Positions 58,791-64,000 of a stretch of 64,000 nt of DNA are shown here, piece by piece. Every line of letters begins with the position of its first letter. The first letter of the stretch is position 1. A program made the translations under genes and the position numbers. Source of the DNA: Candidatus Bathyarchaeota archaeon (lineage in GTDB: Archaea > Thermoproteota > Bathyarchaeia > Bathyarchaeales > Bathycorpusculaceae); contig CAWDYC010000007.1 of the NCBI GenBank assembly GCA_963806535.1, positions 224,001 through 288,000 of the forward strand. The letters run 5' to 3'. The notes under the pieces were generated by a model. That model did no database searches. It worked only from the letters and a program-made list of their open reading frames with translations, and was not told the origin of the DNA.

Positions 58791-60041
58791 ATGGCAGAAG
58801 AACATACACCATTAACCGTTGCACTTTCCCAACTTAAACTTGCTTGCAAAAAACTCCAGTTAGATACTGGAATGCATAAGATGCTAAGTTCGCCCAAACG
58901 CTCAATCAGTGTAAGCATCGATATTCGAATGGATAATGGTGCTGTCGGTGTTTTCAACGGTGTCCGAGTTCAACATTGGGATGCGCGAGGACCATTCAAA
59001 GGCGGAATCCGCTTTAGCCCAAATGTTACCCAAGACGATGTTACAGCTTTGGCAATGTTGATGACTTGGAAATGCGCTATTGCAGACATTCCATTTGGAG
59101 GAGCAAAAGGCGGAGTATGCGTTGATTCTAAAAAAATGAGCAAACATGAACTTGAACGCTTAACTCGCAGATACGTTAGCTTAATTTTTGAGTATTTAGG
59201 TCCACACCGCGACATTCCTGCACCAGACATGTACACTGACGCCCAAACCATGGCTTGGATCATGGATACTTACAGCCAACTTAAAGGCTACAGCATCCCT
59301 GAAAGCGCCACAGGCAAACCAGTAGAAATCGGAGGTTCATGGGGACGAACGGAAGCCACAGGCAGGGGCGTAATTCACTGCGTAAAACAAGCTGCTGAAA
59401 ACAATGGACTCAAACTCAAAAACTCAGCCATAGTCATTCAGGGCTTTGGTAATGTTGGCTACAACGCTGCGGTTGCTGCACAAGAAATCGGCGCGAAAGT
59501 AATAGCGGTTAGCGATTCCACAGGCGGAATCTACTGCCAAGAGGGCTTAAACATACCAGACGTTTTAGCTCATAAAGAAGAAACCAGTTCAGTTCAGAAT
59601 TATAAAAGCTGTAAAAACATAACTAACGAGGAACTGCTTGAATTGCCCTGTGACGTACTGATTCCTGCAGCGCTTGAAAACCAAATCACTTGCCAAAACG
59701 TGGATAAAATCAAAGCCAAGATGGTTGCTGAAGCGGCAAACGGACCCACAAATCCTGATGCCGATAAGGTATTGTATGAAAAAGGAATCTGTCTAATACC
59801 AGACATTCTTGCTAACTGCGGCGGAGTAACCGTTAGCTACTTTGAATGGGTACAAAACCTCACCCGCGAGCAGTGGCCGCTGGAGAAAGTTAACAGAAAA
59901 CTAGAAGAAAAAATGACTAAAGCATTCAATGATGTGGTCGCAATTTCGGAGAAGGAGGAAAGTGACATGCGTACAGGCGCGCTTATGCTTGGCGTGGGAA
60001 GAGTAGCCAATGCAATAAAAACATTGGGACTTTGGCCATAA
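58791..60041 (+). CDS. gdhA: Glu/Leu/Phe/Val dehydrogenase, probably glutamate dehydrogenase
   Basis: RGPFKGGIR, MTWKCA, PFGGAKGG, DIPAPD, GFGNVG, EAANGP, SYFEWVQN. Confidence 0.93.
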   Translation: MAEEHTPLTVALSQLKLACKKLQLDTGMHKMLSSPKRSISVSIDIRMDNGAVGVFNGVRVQHWDARGPFKGGIRFSPNVTQDDVTALAMLMTWKCAIADIPFGGAKGGVCVDSKKMSKHELERLTRRYVSLIFEYLGPHRDIPAPDMYTDAQTMAWIMDTYSQLKGYSIPESATGKPVEIGGSWGRTEATGRGVIHCVKQAAENNGLKLKNSAIVIQGFGNVGYNAAVAAQEIGAKVIAVSDSTGGIYCQEGLNIPDVLAHKEETSSVQNYKSCKNITNEELLELPCDVLIPAALENQITCQNVDKIKAKMVAEAANGPTNPDADKVLYEKGICLIPDILANCGGVTVSYFEWVQNLTREQWPLEKVNRKLEEKMTKAFNDVVAISEKEESDMRTGALMLGVGRVANAIKTLGLWP

Positions 60042-60174
60042 ACACGTAAAAATCAACAAATTTGCATAATACCTTTTGCATTTTTCCCTAGTGCAAACGC
60101 TTAAAACCTCTCTCGTCATATCCTTTGAACCCCACAAAAAGAAAAACAATGGGACTTGAGAGGGAAAAAGGAAG

Positions 60175-60726
60175 TTGGCAGCCAAAATTTGTACCTTAGA
60201 CTTCAGTTATGAGAACTCACTGGTCAAGATTGTTGCTAACAGAAATTGTCCTGAAATTAAGCTTGCAGGATTAACAGTCGGTCCTTTTGATGAAGGAAAT
60301 GAGTATGAAGTTTATTTTTGGGTTGCAAAAGAGTTAGCCAGTTCGGGAATGGTTCATTTCCGGGAAGACGACGTTTTAGACGCAACAAAATTGTTTAAGG
60401 TGCAATGGAAAGAGGGCGTGCAAATTCCAGGGCAAATTTCAGAGTTGCCAGACGATTTTTATCCTAAACTTCGCAGGTTCATTTCCGACTTGAAAGATCA
60501 AGCCTCAAGACCCGAAAAATATCAAGAACACTTCAAAGCAAAACAATTAGCTCGAGACATTGTGAATTCTCGCTTAAAGAAAATTGTTGCATTATCTTCT
60601 GCTCCTTCACAGACTGAGCAGGTTCTAAAAAAACTCTCAAGTGAAGAAAAAATCCTTTTTGAACAACTTGTCAAAATAATCTCACGATGGAAAGCAGAAA
60701 TTTTAGAGACTGAAGGAGAAAAGTAA
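60175..60726 (+). CDS. GINS complex subunit (Gins23-like)
   Basis: Immediately upstream of mcm; W.A..L, LPDDFY, RLKKI, LS.EEK. Confidence 0.8.
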   Translation: MAAKICTLDFSYENSLVKIVANRNCPEIKLAGLTVGPFDEGNEYEVYFWVAKELASSGMVHFREDDVLDATKLFKVQWKEGVQIPGQISELPDDFYPKLRRFISDLKDQASRPEKYQEHFKAKQLARDIVNSRLKKIVALSSAPSQTEQVLKKLSSEEKILFEQLVKIISRWKAEILETEGEK

Positions 60727-60727
60727 G

Positions 60728-62764
60728 ATGGCTAACACTCAATTAACTGTAGATCCACAGCAGCTTTTTCAAGAGTTCTTTAAAAAAGAAAAGTATCGAC
60801 AACGAATCGCTCAACTAGCCATCACTGGAAGAAACTCGGTAATAATTGATTTTGAAGAGCTCTACGCGTTTGATCAATCGCTCGCTGAGCAATTACTCAA
60901 TAGGCCAGAAGAGTACTTGCAGCATGCTGGAAAAGGAGCTTATGAGCAACTCCGTATTGAAGATTCTGAGTACGCTGAGAAAATTGAAAAAATAATCATA
61001 AGAGTTGTAGAACTTCTTGGCAAGGAACAGCTTAGAAAGCTTGGCTCAAGACAAATGGCGAAGCTAATCATGGTTGAGGGAATAGTGGTTAGAGCCACCC
61101 CAGTCCGTCCAATGGTGTTGCAAGGAGCTTTCAAATGCAAACGCTGCGGAACAATGAATCAAGTTGAACAAACTGGACAGTTCTTAAAAGCACCAGCAAT
61201 ATGCCAAGCACCAGACTGCGGCAGAGATGGACCTTTCGAATTTACCCAAGAAGAATCCACTTTTATAGATTCCCAAGACCTTCGATTGCAGGAAAAACCT
61301 GAAGATCTACCGCCCGGCCAGTTGCCGCGTACATTAGCAGTGAAACTGGTAGGCGACGACATAGTTGACGTTGCAAGGCCAGGAGACCATGTTGGAGTTG
61401 TTGGAATTGTCCGTGCTTTTGCGCCTTCACTTATGGGAATGGGAAAACTCAGAACATTCATTTTACAACTTGACGCTAACTCAATCGGCGTACTTGGCAA
61501 AGAACCAGAAACATCACCGCCAACACCTGAAGAAGAAGAAAAAATCCGTACACTCTCTCAAGACCCTAATGTTCATAAAAAAATTATGCAGTCAATAGCG
61601 CCGTCCATTTTCGGTTACGAGCACATTAAAGAAGCAATAATGTACCTGCTTTTCGGCGGAGTGTCAAAAAGTCTTCCAGACGTAAACATAAGAGGGGAAA
61701 TGAACGCACTTTTAATCGGTGACCCTGGTACCGCAAAGTCACAGTTACTCCAATATGTTGCACGAATAGCTCCGAGGGGACTCTATACTTCGGGTAGGGG
61801 AACAACCGCGGCAGGCTTAACCGCCGCTGTAGTTAGGGAAAAAGGTGGTAGCATGAGTCTTGAAGCAGGCGCACTTGTTTTAGCCGATAAAGGCATTGCA
61901 TGCATTGACGAAATGGATAAAATGCGCCCTGAAGACAGAGTTGCCATCCACGAAGCTATGGAGCAGCATACGGTTTCAGTTGCAAAAGGTGGAATTGTTG
62001 CAACCTTAAACGCTAGAACAGCAGTGCTTGCAGCCGCTAACCCATCCTTGGGCAGATATGAACCAAACAGAACGGTCGCCGAAAACGTACCGCTACCAGT
62101 AACTATCCTTTCTCGTTTCGATTTAATTTTCGTTTTGCGAGATGTACCTAATAAAGAATCAGATAGTAAAATGTCGCAGCATATTTTGGAAATTCATCGC
62201 AGAGGAGTCAGCCCTGTAGAAGCTCAAGTGGATGCAGAATTGCTTCGAAAATACGTAAGCTTCGCGAAAGGAATAAAACCAGCACTTAGTGTGGAAGCGG
62301 CAAAGCAGCTTAGCGATTTCTATTTAGCTATGCGTGCGGCAAGCGAAACGGAAGGTTCACCTGTAGCAATTACGGCAAGGCAGTTAGAGTCTCTTGTTCG
62401 AATTTCTGAAGCCCGTGCTCGTGTAGCTTTGCGTAAAGAAGTAACTTCTGAAGATGCAGCAGCTGCTATAACTCTAATGAAGAGATCACTTGAGGAAGTG
62501 GGAATCGACTTGTCCTCATACAAAGTCGATATTGACTTGATCATGACTGGCAGACCAAAAAGCATGCGAGATAGATTACACATCATCCTGTCAACACTAA
62601 TGGACATGGAGAAAATAACAGGCATAGTTGAGAAAGACGCACTTGTCACCGAATTGGAAACAAAACATAAGATACCCAGAGGAGAAATTGAACGCATGAT
62701 AAGCCAGATGCTGCGCGAAGGCACAATCTATGAACCACGCGAAGGATGCCTAAAGAAAACCTAA
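60728..62764 (+). CDS. mcm: MCM replicative helicase, no intein
   Basis: Zinc finger CKRC..C...C, LQEKPE, GDPGTAKSQ, IDEMDKM, SRFDL, ITARQLE. Confidence 0.98.
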   Translation: MANTQLTVDPQQLFQEFFKKEKYRQRIAQLAITGRNSVIIDFEELYAFDQSLAEQLLNRPEEYLQHAGKGAYEQLRIEDSEYAEKIEKIIIRVVELLGKEQLRKLGSRQMAKLIMVEGIVVRATPVRPMVLQGAFKCKRCGTMNQVEQTGQFLKAPAICQAPDCGRDGPFEFTQEESTFIDSQDLRLQEKPEDLPPGQLPRTLAVKLVGDDIVDVARPGDHVGVVGIVRAFAPSLMGMGKLRTFILQLDANSIGVLGKEPETSPPTPEEEEKIRTLSQDPNVHKKIMQSIAPSIFGYEHIKEAIMYLLFGGVSKSLPDVNIRGEMNALLIGDPGTAKSQLLQYVARIAPRGLYTSGRGTTAAGLTAAVVREKGGSMSLEAGALVLADKGIACIDEMDKMRPEDRVAIHEAMEQHTVSVAKGGIVATLNARTAVLAAANPSLGRYEPNRTVAENVPLPVTILSRFDLIFVLRDVPNKESDSKMSQHILEIHRRGVSPVEAQVDAELLRKYVSFAKGIKPALSVEAAKQLSDFYLAMRAASETEGSPVAITARQLESLVRISEARARVALRKEVTSEDAAAAITLMKRSLEEVGIDLSSYKVDIDLIMTGRPKSMRDRLHIILSTLMDMEKITGIVEKDALVTELETKHKIPRGEIERMISQMLREGTIYEPREGCLKKT

Positions 62765-62834
62765 GACAGATAAAAAGTGAGAATCCGCAGCAACACAAAA
62801 AAACATTTGATATAATAAAGAAAAACTTTACCAC

Positions 62835-63608
62835 TTAAGAGATGTAAGTGGTTTTTTTATCTTCTTCTTTACGGGTTTCTTCAGCTTGCAAAGCCCGTTT
62901 TTCCTCGATTTGTTGCAGACGAGTCACCATAGTCTCTGCCCGTGTAATTTCTTCATTTAATCCTGTCAAATCTAGCTCAAAGTTGAAAGTAGATTTTAAA
63001 ACTTCCAAAATGCTTTTGGCTGCAAGCGGATCTGGCAAATAGCCACGTGTTTCACCAAGTAGGCAAAGCGCACTTATTTTTTTGAATTTGGCTAATCCAA
63101 GAATTAAGCCTGCCGTTCCGACAATAGGGCTACCTGAAGTGCTTAAGATTGCACCTGCTTGAAGGGCTTTGTCCAAGATTTCCTGTGAAGTTGCGGCTAT
63201 GAATACTTTGGGTTTTTCTTTTGGTTCCATTCTGTAGCCGCCGATTGTTGCAATAGTTTTTACGCCGTGTTTCTCTGAGAAATTAAGGATTTGATCAGCG
63301 ATTTCATATTGCCCTTCTATTGTTTGTGATTGGCTGTCGCCAGTGAATAAAACTAGGTCATTTTGGCCGTTTGGATTTTTGTAGTAGTAAAATGCGCCTC
63401 TTAAAAGGCGAACATTGCCTTTTTTGTTAACTAAGACAAAATATGGGAAATGTGGAGAGTATAGATAGGCGACTTTTTTGGCTTTTAGCTGTTTAATTAA
63501 GTAACGAAGAGCGATTTTGCCGACAAGTCCCAACCCTGGGAGACCTTCGATTAGAATAGGATTGTTTGGTTCAATTTCCGTAAATTCTTTAATGTAGGTT
63601 TCTTTCAT
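62835..63608 (-). CDS. Proteasome assembly chaperone (PAC2) family protein
   Basis: EGLPGLGLVGK, GDSQ, IGGY, IVGTAGL, LLGET.GY..DP.AA. Confidence 0.92.
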   Translation of the reverse strand: MKETYIKEFTEIEPNNPILIEGLPGLGLVGKIALRYLIKQLKAKKVAYLYSPHFPYFVLVNKKGNVRLLRGAFYYYKNPNGQNDLVLFTGDSQSQTIEGQYEIADQILNFSEKHGVKTIATIGGYRMEPKEKPKVFIAATSQEILDKALQAGAILSTSGSPIVGTAGLILGLAKFKKISALCLLGETRGYLPDPLAAKSILEVLKSTFNFELDLTGLNEEITRAETMVTRLQQIEEKRALQAEETRKEEDKKTTYIS

Positions 63609-63772
63609 TTAGTACAGCTCCTTTTCATTTCCATCCGATACTTTAAGTATTTATCGTCAGGCGAAAACTTAGGCGGATGCGGAATCCTAACAGGGCCACC
63701 ACAGTAAGGGCACTTATCCTTTTGCAGAGTATATTTTTCACAGTTCACACATTTGCGAAGTTGCCAGACCAA
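63605..63772 (-). CDS. nop10: H/ACA RNP protein Nop10
   Basis: MVWQLRKCVNCEKYTLQKDKCPYCGG...PHPPKFSPDDKY.KYR; TTG start; ATGA overlap with PAC2. Confidence 0.93.
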   Translation of the reverse strand: MVWQLRKCVNCEKYTLQKDKCPYCGGPVRIPHPPKFSPDDKYLKYRMEMKRSCTK

Positions 63773-63877
63773 TTATTTTTCCCTTCCAAAAGGGTAAGCT
63801 TCAAAATCTGTAAGAGTTTTTATGGAAGCAATTACTAAGTCGCCAGTTTCTGGCCACTCGGGCTTACGCTCAGCCAT
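63773..63877 (-). pseudogene. 34-codon internally deleted remnant of translation initiation factor aIF2 alpha
   Basis: MAERKPEWPETGDLVIASIKTLTDFEAYPFGREK resembles the aIF2alpha S1-domain start joined to a C-terminal-like F.REK; it fills the canonical slot between S27e and Nop10. Confidence 0.8.
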
Positions 63878-63892
63878 TAATTACTTCATCCC

Positions 63893-64000
63893 TTATTCAA
63901 GAACCGCTTGTACGTCGCCCTTGATTTTTGCTCTTCCGCCAGAGGGTTCTGCTAATGTTTCTCCACATACGTTGCAGGTTATTTTGTTAACTGCGTTGCT
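63893..64000 (-). CDS. rps27e: 30S ribosomal protein S27e, 3' part (5' end beyond the window)
   Basis: SNAVNKITCNVCGETLAEPSGGRAKIKGDVQAVLE*. Confidence 0.93.
   Translation of the reverse strand, partial: SNAVNKITCNVCGETLAEPSGGRAKIKGDVQAVLE

Noticed and set aside
60728-62764. Inteins in MCM (and in RFC at 51625..53849)
   Set aside because: The proteins have normal length and uninterrupted Walker motifs.

Overview
Archaeal chromosomal window, most consistent with Candidatus Bathyarchaeia (TACK). Supporting markers are MCM/GINS, RFC, RpoP, Nop10, S27e, Taw1, F420 genes and PEF-CTERM-like surface proteins; the taxonomy is inferred from gene content only. The first ~9 kb is a partly duplicated, partly decaying locus in which four copies of a 46-bp element (GTTTA-N5-TAAAC-N2-TATTAATA-N6-GTTTA-N5-TAAAC) precede an Mrp/ApbC Fe-S carrier, a bacterial-type metK, a small ORF plus SPASM radical SAM gene, and two Cys-tailed Lrp regulators. 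Next come CopA/YHS and an intergenic region with two 10-bp-phased repeat arrays. An F420 cluster follows, containing a HydABC/Bfu-like three-subunit complex whose large subunit carries an FrhB-type F420-binding domain in place of a hydrogenase domain, plus cofC, mer, cofE and a Pat-type acetyltransferase. Further on are a GCS2 + split RLAN/ATP-grasp ligase module, two deoxyhypusine synthase homologues, an ArsR/Cys-rich peptide/GMMG-rich protein operon, argS, tRNA-Leu(GAG), cysK/cysE, guaA, a nucleotide-sugar operon with an apparently catalytically dead dehydrogenase, and tRNA-modification and replication genes. At the right end, the conserved S27e-aIF2alpha-Nop10-PAC2 operon has aIF2alpha reduced to a 34-codon internally deleted remnant. 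No CRISPR array, rRNA or intact mobile element was seen. All family assignments come from motif recognition, not database searches.
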